Assembly: GCA_964603615.1 (NCBI GenBank)
Contig: CAZRVU010000001.1
Location: 1,954-65,953, forward strand
Source: an uncultured Desulfovibrionaceae bacterium
GTDB taxonomy: Bacteria > Bacillota > Dethiobacteria > DTU022 > UBA8154
Direction: 5' to 3'
Length of the DNA stretch: 64,000 bases
A model generated the notes under the pieces. That model saw only the letters and a program-made list of their open reading frames with translations, was not told the origin of the DNA and did no database searches. The stretch's first letter is position 1, and every line of letters starts with the position of its first letter. This document shows positions 38,270 to 47,355 of the stretch, piece after piece. The position numbers were made by a program, and so were the translations under genes.

Positions 38270-38997
38270 AAGGGATAAGGATGGCAAGCTTTTCTGAAAG
38301 AGAGCTGGCAGAACTTTATAATAAAAATAAGCAGGGTGATAAGCAGGCCAGGGAAAAGTTAGTTTTTCATAACCTGCCCTTGGTTCATGCTATCTGTCGC
38401 CGCTATCCGCCGGAAACGGTTGAATATGATGATATCTTTCAAGAAGGCTGTATTGGGTTACTGCAAGCATTGCAGGGGTACGATCCCGGCAAAGGAGCAA
38501 AGTTTTCTACTTATGCCGTTCCTTTTATTTTGGGTATGATCAGGTCATATTTACGACGGAACGGGCATCTCCTGAAGGTGCCGCGTTCTTATCATGCACA
38601 TTTTTGCCAGCTTCTCGAGGAAAGGAACAACCTGGAACAGGCGCTCCAACGCCAGCCCCGCTTGGAGGAAATATCAAAAAAAACAGGGCTATCCAAAGAG
38701 GAGATAGTTTGGCTGTTAGACTTGCAATATCCGGTCCTTCCTTTAATTGCGGTGGATAATGCAACCGGGGGTTTTACCGGCGCGGAGAGCCGTACTTTTG
38801 AGGAAGAAAAATATTTTGATACTTTGATTTTACAAGAAAGTTTAAACATATTGCCGCGACGGGAAAAACAGGTGATCGTTTTACGCTATCTTTTAGAAAA
38901 AAGCCAGGTTGAGGTTGCGCAGATCCTAGGCTTATCACAGAAACATATTTCCCGGTTGGAAAAGAAGGCTCTAAATATGTTAAAAGAAAACAACTGA
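38266..38997 (+). CDS. sigF: RNA polymerase sporulation sigma factor SigF
   Basis: Sigma-70 regions 2-4; overlaps the spoIIAB stop by 4 nt (operon). Confidence 0.85.
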   Translation: MKGIRMASFSERELAELYNKNKQGDKQAREKLVFHNLPLVHAICRRYPPETVEYDDIFQEGCIGLLQALQGYDPGKGAKFSTYAVPFILGMIRSYLRRNGHLLKVPRSYHAHFCQLLEERNNLEQALQRQPRLEEISKKTGLSKEEIVWLLDLQYPVLPLIAVDNATGGFTGAESRTFEEEKYFDTLILQESLNILPRREKQVIVLRYLLEKSQVEVAQILGLSQKHISRLEKKALNMLKENN

Positions 38998-39093
38998 TCT
39001 TTTCTCGTGCTCGTCCGCTATAAACAGGCGTTTACGGGGAGATAACAGCGAACACATAGCTATTGCCTAAAATGTATAGAGCATCTAAATGCA

Positions 39094-39123
39094 CCGCCTT
39101 TTAAAAAAAGAGGCGGTTTTTTT
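39094..39123 (+). terminator. Rho-independent terminator (CCGCCT / AGGCGG + T7) after sigF
   Basis: 6-bp GC stem, 11-nt loop and TTTTTTT about 100 nt downstream of the sigF stop. Confidence 0.55.
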
Positions 39124-39212
39124 GATAAAAATATTCAGGGAGAGAATAATAAGGAAAGGGTATTGTAGCTAAAGCAAAAGTGTAAAAAATTAAATGGAGG
39201 GAGAATGAACAG

Positions 39213-39374
39213 GTGCTTAAAAGCCAACATTTAGTTTTACTAGTGATGATGATTATATTAGCAATTGCTTTTTTGACTTTTTTCTGGACCTATTCACTGG
39301 TACCTCCTAAAGAAAAAACTCCCCACCGCGCCAGGGTTGTAGTGACAAAGCTAAAAACGCCTACTCCTGTTTAA
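39213..39374 (+). CDS. Candidate 53-aa small membrane protein (GTG start, RBS GGAGGGAG 9 nt upstream)
   Basis: Single hydrophobic helix LVLLVMMIILAIAFLTFFWTY followed by a basic tail; below the 60-aa ORF-track cutoff. Confidence 0.3.
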   Translation: MLKSQHLVLLVMMIILAIAFLTFFWTYSLVPPKEKTPHRARVVVTKLKTPTPV

Positions 39375-39485
39375 GCTGTTGCTGTTAAACGTTTTTATGA
39401 GGAAAAAAAGGAATAAAAAAGGGTGTGGGTGGCAAACTACGGTAGATCGTAAAATTGCCAATACAAAAAAATTAACTGCAAAGGA

Positions 39486-39704
39486 GTGATGGTGATGGGT
39501 GGTGTAGCCAAAATAATTGAGTTGATTGGAGAATCGGATATAGGATGGGAAGATGCAGTAAAAGATGCTGTTTACAGGGCTTCGCAAACGGTGGAGGATA
39601 TTACGGGAATCGAGGTGCTCAATTTTACGGCCCATGTGGAGGAAGGTGAGGTTGTAGAGTACAAAGCTAATGTGAAATTAGCCTTTGGGGTTAGGGATCG
39701 TTAA
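39486..39704 (+). CDS. Dodecin family protein
   Basis: 72 aa; matches the dodecin pattern (KIIELIGESD..W.DAV..AV..A..TV..I.G.EV..F). Confidence 0.65.
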   Translation: MMVMGGVAKIIELIGESDIGWEDAVKDAVYRASQTVEDITGIEVLNFTAHVEEGEVVEYKANVKLAFGVRDR

Positions 39705-39719
39705 ATATATTTAAAGCGG

Positions 39720-40190
39720 GTGGGATACATCGATTCCCATAAAAAGAACGAAGATATTCTTGTAGATCCAAAATGGATTAAAAGCTGGGGCCGCTTACAT
39801 CAGCCGAAACCCCCCTTAGTAAAAAATGTTTTACACGCTTTTTTTTGGGGGGGCGCTGTTTGCTTATTAGGGCAGTTTATATTAAATCTTTATATTTACT
39901 GGGGCGTCCCTGTGGAACAAGCCGGGAACCCCACGGTAGCTACTGTTATTTTTATTGCCGCGCTGCTGACAGGTCTTGGTGTTTTTGATAGTATCGCGCA
40001 GTTGGCAGGTGCGGGCCTGGCTGTGCCGGTAACTGGTTTTGCTAATTCTGTAGTATCCATGGCTATTGAATATAAAAGGGAAGGTTTGGTTTTGGGAACC
40101 GGTGCTAGGATGTTTGGATTGGCCGGTGCGGTTATTTTGTTCGGCGTAGTTACCGCTTTTATTGTCGGGGTTATTTCAGCTCTGATCTGA
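39720..40190 (+). CDS. spoVAC: Stage V sporulation protein AC
   Basis: 156-aa four-TM protein (AGNPTVATVIFIAALLTG...) typical of SpoVAC. Confidence 0.85.
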   Translation: MGYIDSHKKNEDILVDPKWIKSWGRLHQPKPPLVKNVLHAFFWGGAVCLLGQFILNLYIYWGVPVEQAGNPTVATVIFIAALLTGLGVFDSIAQLAGAGLAVPVTGFANSVVSMAIEYKREGLVLGTGARMFGLAGAVILFGVVTAFIVGVISALI

Positions 40191-40538
40191 AAGTTTACGG
40201 GGTAGCGATGATTGTGGCGGGCTTCAAGGTAGTGAAAATGTGTGGCGAACTCCAAGTTTAGCCCGGAGGGTTCTACGGTTTGGCTCCGGCCCCGGTGGCT
40301 TCCCGGCCAAGCAAGCCCATCCCAGGCACACGGTCGGCCGCCTAAAGGCCTGCTTTTCGCCGTGAACCCTTTGCTTTGCTTCACAAGTTGCTACACCACA
40401 ATTTTTCGCTAACTTAGTTGGGGCAGGGAGCCGTCCGAAACCACCAGAATGACAGGGCCCGGGACTTTTTCAATTGTTTCTGACTGTTCTCTGTTTTATG
40501 TTTCAAGGAATGGGGTGGGATTTTTGCAAGCTTATGCT

Positions 40539-41549
40539 GTGCGAAGAAAAATTGGTCAACAAAGTATTCTTTTGGAAAAATGTGTTGCGTTGCTTTCCGT
40601 GGCAACGGTGTCTGGTCCCAAAGAAAGTGCAGGGCCTTTGTCCAGTTATTTTGATCGCCATTATACTGGTATTTTTGGGCAAGAGAAAAGTTTTGAGAAA
40701 GCGGAACTACATATGTTGGAGGAAGCTTGTTATTTGGCTCTGGGTAAGGCTGGCTTGTCCCCGGAAGATATGGATTATTTCATTGGCGGGGATCTTCTCA
40801 ATCAGGTTATTACCTCCAATTTCTGTGCCAGGAGCCTGGCTTTGCCCTATTTGGGCATTTATGGAGCCTGTTCAACTTTGGTCCAGGGTTTGGCTTTGGG
40901 GGCCATGCTGATACAAGGAGGTTTTGCCCAACACATTTTAGTAGGCACTTCCAGCCACAATTGTGCCGCAGAAAGGCAGTACCGCTACCCCACGGAATAC
41001 GGTTTTCAACGGCCCGGGTATGCCCAGTGGACAGCGACGGGAGCCGGGGCGGTTGTTTTGGGGCCGCCAGGGAAGGATGGCGGCCCGCTTGCCGAAGCAA
41101 TTACCATTGGCAAGGTTGTTGATGCCGGCCTAAAGGATCCTTTTGCTCTTGGGATGGCTATGGCCCCGGCGGCAGCCGATACAATTTATCGTCATTTCCT
41201 AGATTTGGGGCGACAGCCTGCCGATTATCAACTTATTTTAAGCGGTGATTTGGGAGGGGTGGGGAAGAAGCTCAATGAGGATCTTTTGGCTGCCCGGGGT
41301 TTTGATATTGCCCCCCTTTATAGCGATTGCGGGGTACTCTTATATTACCCGCATCAAAAAGTGAATGCCGGGGGCAGTGGTTGCGCTTGTGTTGCCTTGA
41401 CCTTTCTTAGTTATTTTTATCCCAAAATGCTGGCCAAAGAGTTGCGCAGGGTTTTGTTAGTGGCAACCGGTGCCCTGCATAGCCCTACTTCTTATATGCA
41501 AAAAGAAAATATTCCTGCCGTTGCGCATGCCCTTTCCTTGGAAGTATAG
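40539..41549 (+). CDS. spoVAD: Stage V sporulation protein AD
   Basis: GTG start; thiolase-like fold; aligns to B. subtilis SpoVAD from VRRKIGQQSILLEKCVALLSVATVSGPKE onward. Confidence 0.8.
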   Translation: MRRKIGQQSILLEKCVALLSVATVSGPKESAGPLSSYFDRHYTGIFGQEKSFEKAELHMLEEACYLALGKAGLSPEDMDYFIGGDLLNQVITSNFCARSLALPYLGIYGACSTLVQGLALGAMLIQGGFAQHILVGTSSHNCAAERQYRYPTEYGFQRPGYAQWTATGAGAVVLGPPGKDGGPLAEAITIGKVVDAGLKDPFALGMAMAPAAADTIYRHFLDLGRQPADYQLILSGDLGGVGKKLNEDLLAARGFDIAPLYSDCGVLLYYPHQKVNAGGSGCACVALTFLSYFYPKMLAKELRRVLLVATGALHSPTSYMQKENIPAVAHALSLEV

Positions 41550-41576
41550 GCTGGATAGTTAAAGGAGCATTAATAT

Positions 41577-41930
41577 TTGGGAAATTATTTTACAGCGTTT
41601 TTAATAGGCGGCGTTTTTTGTGTGATTGGCCAGTTATTGTTTGATTTAACCCCCTTTACCCCCGGTCATATTTTATCTGGTTTTACTGTTGCCGGGGGCG
41701 TTTTGGGAGGGTTGGGTCTTTACGATAAACTAATCGATTTTGCCGGAGCCGGGGCTCTTTTACCTATTTCAAGCTTTGGCAATTCCCTGGCCAAAGGGGC
41801 TATCTCCGAGGCGGCTCGCTCGGGTGCCCTGGGCATTTTGACGGGGATGTTCGAGCTGACCTCTACTGGAATAACGGCGGCAATCCTTTTTGGCTTTCTC
41901 ATGGCCTTACTATTCAAGCCCAACGGTTAA
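41577..41930 (+). CDS. spoVAEB: Stage V sporulation protein AE (SpoVAEb)
   Basis: 117-aa membrane protein paralogous to SpoVAC; TTG start after RBS AAGGAG. Confidence 0.8.
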   Translation: MGNYFTAFLIGGVFCVIGQLLFDLTPFTPGHILSGFTVAGGVLGGLGLYDKLIDFAGAGALLPISSFGNSLAKGAISEAARSGALGILTGMFELTSTGITAAILFGFLMALLFKPNG

Positions 41931-42028
41931 TGCCAGGAATATTTATGGCAGGATCAGATTGTTGTACTTTGATGCCGTAAATATATTCGCCAGGCAAAGG
42001 CGCCCTGATATAAAATCCATTGCTGACA

Positions 42029-42089
42029 TAAATTCCCTGGAAATTGTCACAAATTCCCTGGGAATTTCCAATATATCCCTGGAAATTGC
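42029..42089. repeat. Three phased copies (~21-22 bp spacing) of the near-palindromic site (A)TTCCCTGG(G)AA(A)TT
   Basis: AAATTCCCTGGAAATTG / AAATTCCCTGGGAATTTCC / ATATCCCTGGAAATTGC seen directly, about 200 bp upstream of the CCA/PAP-family gene. Confidence 0.5.
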
Positions 42090-42245
42090 ATCCCCAAAAT
42101 TCTTAGAACTACGACCTGCCGGCTAATCTGCTTCTGTGACACTGGCACCTTAACACTTTGCCTTTTAAAGGCGATATTTTACCACGCTAATTAACAAGAT
42201 GACATTATCACAGCATAACTACAAACTAGATCCCTTTGGTTCGTC

Positions 42246-42269
42246 TTGAAAACTATTTTATGGTATAAT
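42246..42269 (+). promoter_or_regulatory. Extended -10 promoter candidate (TGGTATAAT) with weak/short-spaced -35 TTGAAA
   Basis: TATAAT 35 nt upstream of the 42304 start with TG extension. Confidence 0.3.
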
Positions 42270-42303
42270 CAGTTGAAAATAAGTTATATAAGGATTCCAA
42301 CTG

Positions 42304-43371
42304 ATGGCTAATCTTATCCCCCTGATCAATACGGTGCTTTCTAAAGAATTGCAGGCCTTAATTTACTTTTTGGGGTACTGGTCGCAAAAAAACAGGTTTA
42401 AAATTTATGGTATGGGCGGTTTTGTCCGGGATTTGGTTTTAGGCCGGGAAAATCGTGTTATCGATTTACTTGTTGATAATTCTGCGGTAGATTTTGCCCG
42501 CAGCTTAAAAGAAATATTACCTGCGGGAAGGCTACGGTTTGATGAAAGATTGGGTGCGGCTACACTGTTTTTGCCCCGTGGAATAGTATTTAATATGGTT
42601 ACCGCAAAGAGAGAATTAAACTATTTAACAGACACAGATACTGACTTGAATGAAACGATGTTAAAAAATGAGCTTTACAAGAAAAATTTTACGATTAACA
42701 CTATGGCCTGTGCCTTTAATCCGCAAGAATTTGGTTGGTTGTACGATTATTTTGGCGGAAGAAGCGATTTAGAAGAGGGTATGATCCGTGTGTTGTATGG
42801 ACTTAGTTTTGTGGACGACCCTTGCCGCATTTTGCAGGCGATACGTTTTGAGCAAAGATTTGGTTTTACTTTAGAAGAAAACACCATAACATTATTATTT
42901 AAAGCGCTGCATAGTAACTTATTGCAAAAAATAAGCAAAGAAAAACTTTACAATGAAGTCCGGCTGATTTTTTTAGAACCTTCACCTCTAAAAATTTTAA
43001 TGAGGCTAGAAGAGTTAAATTTGTTCGGTTTTCTCTTTCCCCGCTTGCTGTTAAATGAAAAGGCCAAAATAAAATTACAGCGGCTTGAACAAATTTTTGC
43101 AGGGCTAAAGGAAAAAAAGTTGCCTGTTAAAGAATCAGATTATTTTATCCTTTTCTTAAATATACTTTTTGACGAACTAGGCGAACATGACATGCGGTAT
43201 CTTTGTTATTTTTTACGTTTGAAACGAAAAGAACGCTTGAAGATTATTTTTATCAGGGAAAACCTTAAGTCATTTATGAATGCCATAATGGAAGATCAAG
43301 AAGTGGGAAGGGAAAAGAGCGTGGTTTTGATCAATTCTTGGCTAGAAAAAATTAGTAGCTTACAGCATTAG
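42304..43371 (+). CDS. tRNA nucleotidyltransferase/poly(A) polymerase family protein with atypical catalytic motif
   Basis: N-terminal GGFVRDLVLGR head-domain motif; the expected DxD carboxylates read DLLVD, so spacing is non-canonical. Confidence 0.55.
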   Translation: MANLIPLINTVLSKELQALIYFLGYWSQKNRFKIYGMGGFVRDLVLGRENRVIDLLVDNSAVDFARSLKEILPAGRLRFDERLGAATLFLPRGIVFNMVTAKRELNYLTDTDTDLNETMLKNELYKKNFTINTMACAFNPQEFGWLYDYFGGRSDLEEGMIRVLYGLSFVDDPCRILQAIRFEQRFGFTLEENTITLLFKALHSNLLQKISKEKLYNEVRLIFLEPSPLKILMRLEELNLFGFLFPRLLLNEKAKIKLQRLEQIFAGLKEKKLPVKESDYFILFLNILFDELGEHDMRYLCYFLRLKRKERLKIIFIRENLKSFMNAIMEDQEVGREKSVVLINSWLEKISSLQH

Positions 43372-43376
43372 GAAAG

Positions 43377-44018
43377 GTGGAGAATATGAATATATTTCCC
43401 GCGGATATGCTGGCGCGCCTGCCAGCCCTGTTAATTGCCTTATCCTTCCATGAATATGCCCATGCCCGCATGGCTTATGCCTGGGGTGATCCCACAGCAA
43501 AAAACGAGGGAAGATTAACCCTTAACCCCCTGGTCCACCTTGATCCCCTTGGCCTGTTGATGATGCTGTTTGTGCGTTTTGGTTGGGCCCGGCCGGTGCC
43601 GATCAATCCTTTTTATTTTAGGGATCGCCGCAAAGGCCTTTTTTGGGTTTCGTTGGCCGGGCCGGGGATGAACTTGTTGCTTGGTTTTGCAGCAACTTTC
43701 CTTTGGGTTTTAGGAAGAGGCCGGGGATGGGGTTTCTTTGTAGAAAGCATTTTATCTTACCTGGTTATCTATAATGTTTTTTTAGCTATTTTTAACATTA
43801 TACCTTTGCCGCCTTTGGATGGATCGAAGATTCTTTCTTCGCTTTTACCCCCGCGCCAATTGTCTTATTATCAAACTATAGAACCGTACGGCCCATTTTT
43901 ATTAATTGCCTTGTTGGTTTTTGGTAGATTGCCAGCCTTGCTCGTCCCTGTGGCTAATGTGATTATAAAGTACTATACTACATTTGCTTTGCTGCTTTTT
44001 AAACCTTTTTTATTTTAA
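43377..44018 (+). CDS. Site-2 protease (M50) family metallopeptidase
   Basis: HEYAHA zinc-binding motif and downstream LPLPPLDG motif in a polytopic membrane protein. Confidence 0.75.
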   Translation: MENMNIFPADMLARLPALLIALSFHEYAHARMAYAWGDPTAKNEGRLTLNPLVHLDPLGLLMMLFVRFGWARPVPINPFYFRDRRKGLFWVSLAGPGMNLLLGFAATFLWVLGRGRGWGFFVESILSYLVIYNVFLAIFNIIPLPPLDGSKILSSLLPPRQLSYYQTIEPYGPFLLIALLVFGRLPALLVPVANVIIKYYTTFALLLFKPFLF

Positions 44019-44067
44019 TATTTTCTTACTGCTATAAAATTTTAAATTATTATTTCCCGAAAGGATT

Positions 44068-45069
44068 GTGAAAACGGTGCCGGCAAAAAAGGGCATTATC
44101 TTCAGCGGAATGAGACCAACAGGTAAATTACATCTTGGAAATTTATTTGGTGCATTGGAAAATTGGGTTAGCCTGCAAGATGAATACCATTGTTATTTTT
44201 GTATCGTAGACTGGCATGCTATGACCACGGCTTATGAGGATCCGGCTACCATCCAGCAAAATAACATGGATTTACTGCTAGATTGGCTTAGTAGTGGGAT
44301 AGATCCGCAAAAATCGATAGTTTTTCGCCAATCTGATGTCAAAGAGCATGCGGAATTACACCTACTTTTTTCTATGATTACACCCTTGTCCTGGTTGGAG
44401 AGGGTTCCCACCTACAAAGAACAGATGCAGCAGATTACGGGGCGCAATCTGGCGACCTATGGGTTTTTGGGTTACCCGCTTTTGCAAGCGGCGGACATCC
44501 TGCTTTATAAGGCCAATGCCGTCCCTGTAGGTGAAGATCAAGCTCCGCATATCGAATTTTCCCGGGAGGTAGCCCGTCGCTTTAATTATCTTTATGACAA
44601 AAAAATATTTCCGGAACCGGCTACTCTTTTAAATGAATATAAAGTAGTACCGGGACTCGACAATCGCAAGATGAGCAAGAGCTATGATAATGTGATCGAA
44701 ATGTCCATTCCGCCCCAAGAAATCCCTGCCCGGGTAAAAGCGATGATTACTGATCCGGGACGTATCAGAAAAGATGATCCCGGTAACCCGCAAATCTGCA
44801 GTATTTATGCTTTTCACCGTATTATCAACCCGTCGGGGATGGAAGAAATTGCTATGGCCTGCCGGAGGGGGGAAATAGGGTGTGTGGAATGTAAAAAAAT
44901 TCTGGCAACAGCCTTGCAGCAATATCTGGACCCCTATTACCAACGGCGGCAAGCCCTGACAAAAGAGCCACAAATATTGCAGGATATTTTGGAGGACGGC
45001 CGCAAAAAAGCGTGGGAGGTTGCCTGCAAGACGATGGAAGAAGTCCGTTCTGCTATGGGGCTGACTTGA
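44068..45069 (+). CDS. trpS: Tryptophan--tRNA ligase
   Basis: Class I HIGH-like (TGKLHLGN) and KMSKS motifs. Confidence 0.9.
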   Translation: MKTVPAKKGIIFSGMRPTGKLHLGNLFGALENWVSLQDEYHCYFCIVDWHAMTTAYEDPATIQQNNMDLLLDWLSSGIDPQKSIVFRQSDVKEHAELHLLFSMITPLSWLERVPTYKEQMQQITGRNLATYGFLGYPLLQAADILLYKANAVPVGEDQAPHIEFSREVARRFNYLYDKKIFPEPATLLNEYKVVPGLDNRKMSKSYDNVIEMSIPPQEIPARVKAMITDPGRIRKDDPGNPQICSIYAFHRIINPSGMEEIAMACRRGEIGCVECKKILATALQQYLDPYYQRRQALTKEPQILQDILEDGRKKAWEVACKTMEEVRSAMGLT

Positions 45070-45120
45070 AAATAAGTTGAAGTTTAATCTCGATCAGGTG
45101 GTCGCACCTGCCGGCCTGCC

Positions 45121-45238
45121 GGTATTTGCCGGTGCAGGTGCAGGGCGCGTTCAATCGTCAGCACCCTGCCGTCAGCACCCTTCTTTCCATTTTGGGCGGC
45201 GGCGGGTATCTGCCGGTGCAGTTGCAGGGCGCGTTCAA
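45121..45238. repeat. GC-rich direct repeats: 34-bp unit GGTAT(T/C)TGCCGGTGCAG(G/T)TGCAGGGCGCGTTCAA at 45121-45154 and 45205-45238, plus 2x CGTCAGCACCC in between
   Basis: Seen directly; between the trpS stop and scpA start; the overlapping minus-strand ORF looks like an artefact. Confidence 0.5.
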
Positions 45239-45289
45239 CCTGCAGAGTGACTTTATCCTTTTAACAGGAAGATAACCGGAGGAAAAAGA

Positions 45290-46150
45290 TTGCAGGATGT
45301 GCAGGATGTAGCCGGGCAAAAAGAAGGCAAAATAAAAGGGCATTGTTATGTTAAGCTGCCTGTTTTTGAAGGCCCCTTTGATCTTCTGTTTCATTTAGTC
45401 CACAAAGAAGAGCTGGATATACACGATATCCCCCTGGCTAAAATTACACGGCAGTACTTGCATTATTTACAATCGATGCAGGAGGTACAAGTTGAGATCG
45501 CCGGGGAATTTTTAGTCATGGCCGCTTCTTTGCTTCAACTTAAGTCGCGTCTCCTACTGCCGCAGCGCCCTTCTTTCTTAGATGCAATTGAAGAAGAGGG
45601 GATACTTTATTTTGGTTCCAAGGAGGCCCTTGTCCAGCGTCTTTTGGAATACAAGCATTTTAAAGCGGCTGCCGCCGTTTTACGGGAACGTAAAAACAGG
45701 CAGGAAAGAATATATATACGTTCTGTCGTGCCGAAACGTTATTTTTCCTTAAATCATCAAAGCAGAGTCGATTCTTCGGGTTTGGAGAACCTAAAAAAGG
45801 CCTGGCTGAAATTAGTTGAAAAAAACGAACAAAAAGATCGAAGGCCGGAGATGATTTTTTTTACGCCGAAAGTTTCTTTTGTGCGTGTTTTAAGGTGGGT
45901 TGTGACCTCTTTGCGGAAAAACACTTTTTTTAACAGCCATTTGGATGATTTTGGTGTGGCGGGTTCAACAGAAGAGCGGGTTACTGTTTTTACATTATTC
46001 CTGGAGTTAGCCCGGCGCGGCCGGCTTTCTTTGGAGCAAGCCGGGGTTTTTGGCAGGATCCGGATTTTAAAACCCGGCCATAAAAGGGGGACGAATTTAC
46101 GTGATGCCCAACGAAACAAAAGAGCATCCATCCCTGAAAGCCATCATTGA
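45290..46150 (+). CDS. scpA: Segregation and condensation protein A
   Basis: N-terminal FEGPFDLLFHLV motif; TTG start with RBS GGAGGAAAAAG. Confidence 0.85.
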   Translation: MQDVQDVAGQKEGKIKGHCYVKLPVFEGPFDLLFHLVHKEELDIHDIPLAKITRQYLHYLQSMQEVQVEIAGEFLVMAASLLQLKSRLLLPQRPSFLDAIEEEGILYFGSKEALVQRLLEYKHFKAAAAVLRERKNRQERIYIRSVVPKRYFSLNHQSRVDSSGLENLKKAWLKLVEKNEQKDRRPEMIFFTPKVSFVRVLRWVVTSLRKNTFFNSHLDDFGVAGSTEERVTVFTLFLELARRGRLSLEQAGVFGRIRILKPGHKRGTNLRDAQRNKRASIPESHH

Positions 46151-46643
46151 AGCGGCACTATTTTTAAGCCAGGAGGCCTTATCTTTGGAACAACTGGCCA
46201 AGATTTGTGCAGTAACCAGGGGAAAGATCAAAGAATCCCTGAAAGAGTTAAGCGGTGAGCTGGAACAAAGCAACCGCGGGCTGGTTCTTTTAAAGACAAC
46301 CCGGGGTTACCGGTTGGCTACAAAACCAGAACTGGCAGTATACCTGGAAAAAGCTTGGGAAGAGGACAGTCTGGAGATGCCTTTATCCCAGGCTGCTTTG
46401 GAAACACTGGCGGTTGTCGCTTTAAAACAACCTGTAACCAGAATAGAAATCGAAAAAATTCGCGGTGTGCAAGCAGGCGGTGTTTTGGAAAATCTCCTTA
46501 AAAGAGAGTTAATCAAAATAACAGGGCGGCAAGAAGGGCTAGGAAGGCCCCTGCTTTATAGCGTTACAGAAAAATTTTTGCATTATTTTGGATTAAAGGA
46601 GCTAAAAGAATTGGAAGAAGAATTGAAGAGTATTCATTCTTAG
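46101..46643 (+). CDS. scpB: Segregation and condensation protein B
   Basis: Winged-helix tandem repeats; overlaps the scpA end. Confidence 0.85.
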   Translation: MMPNETKEHPSLKAIIEAALFLSQEALSLEQLAKICAVTRGKIKESLKELSGELEQSNRGLVLLKTTRGYRLATKPELAVYLEKAWEEDSLEMPLSQAALETLAVVALKQPVTRIEIEKIRGVQAGGVLENLLKRELIKITGRQEGLGRPLLYSVTEKFLHYFGLKELKELEEELKSIHS

Positions 46644-46675
46644 CCGGGATGCCAGCGTTATTTATTTCCTAAAAA

Positions 46676-47344
46676 ATGGGGAAACTAAAAAAGAAAGACT
46701 TACTGGGAAGCAGGTGTTTTTGTATGAATAGCTATTCTGCTCCTGTCGTTCTTTTAGGGTTTCTTTTTTTATTAACGGCTTTGTTTTTGTTCATACCATT
46801 GGAGATACGTATAACGATCGATAATTTACGGCATGATAAAAGTATCTCTGGACAACTGGTTTTTTTTTGGGGAGGAAAGGTTAAATTCGGGCAGGCAAAG
46901 ATAGCGTTTCCGGCTATTTTGGGCCCCGGCCCTTTTTCAAAAAAGAGTATCGCCTTCTTTGTAAGAGAAGATGGGCGCTATAAAAGGGGTAAAACATATC
47001 TACAGGGAATAGCCGGTGCGCTTAACCGTTTATTAATACATGCTTGCGTTTGGGAAAGACTTGACTTACAGGTAAGGCTGGGCGTTGGTGATCCGGCCCG
47101 GACGGCTCTTTTGATAGGTTTTTTGCGTTTTCTTTCGGGGTGGGGTTTGCCCTACACTCAACGCCTGCTAGTTTTTAAAAATGGTAGCAGGCCGCGTTTT
47201 CTATTTTATCCTTACTTTCCAGGAAATGAATGTATTTTTTTATTGTCGGCTGTATTTAAAATAAATAGCTTAAAGTTTATCTATCATCGTATCAGGATAC
47301 TAAACAGTATAAAAATGTTAAATAGGGCTGCTTCAGTGTTGTAA
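46676..47344 (+). CDS. DUF2953 (YtfI-like) membrane-anchored protein
   Basis: N-terminal TM then soluble domain; immediately upstream of ytfJ as in B. subtilis ytfI-ytfJ. Confidence 0.4.
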   Translation: MGKLKKKDLLGSRCFCMNSYSAPVVLLGFLFLLTALFLFIPLEIRITIDNLRHDKSISGQLVFFWGGKVKFGQAKIAFPAILGPGPFSKKSIAFFVREDGRYKRGKTYLQGIAGALNRLLIHACVWERLDLQVRLGVGDPARTALLIGFLRFLSGWGLPYTQRLLVFKNGSRPRFLFYPYFPGNECIFLLSAVFKINSLKFIYHRIRILNSIKMLNRAASVL

Positions 47345-47355
47345 GGATTATAAAT

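Noticed and set aside
44019-44067. T-box leader upstream of trpS
   Set aside because: Only ~49 nt separate the M50 protease stop from the trpS start; no AGGGTGGNACCGCG T-box motif is present.
45158-45394. 78-aa minus-strand ORF spanning the trpS-scpA spacer
   Set aside because: Overlaps the scpA start and the GC-rich repeat block; no RBS; every other gene in the window is on the + strand.
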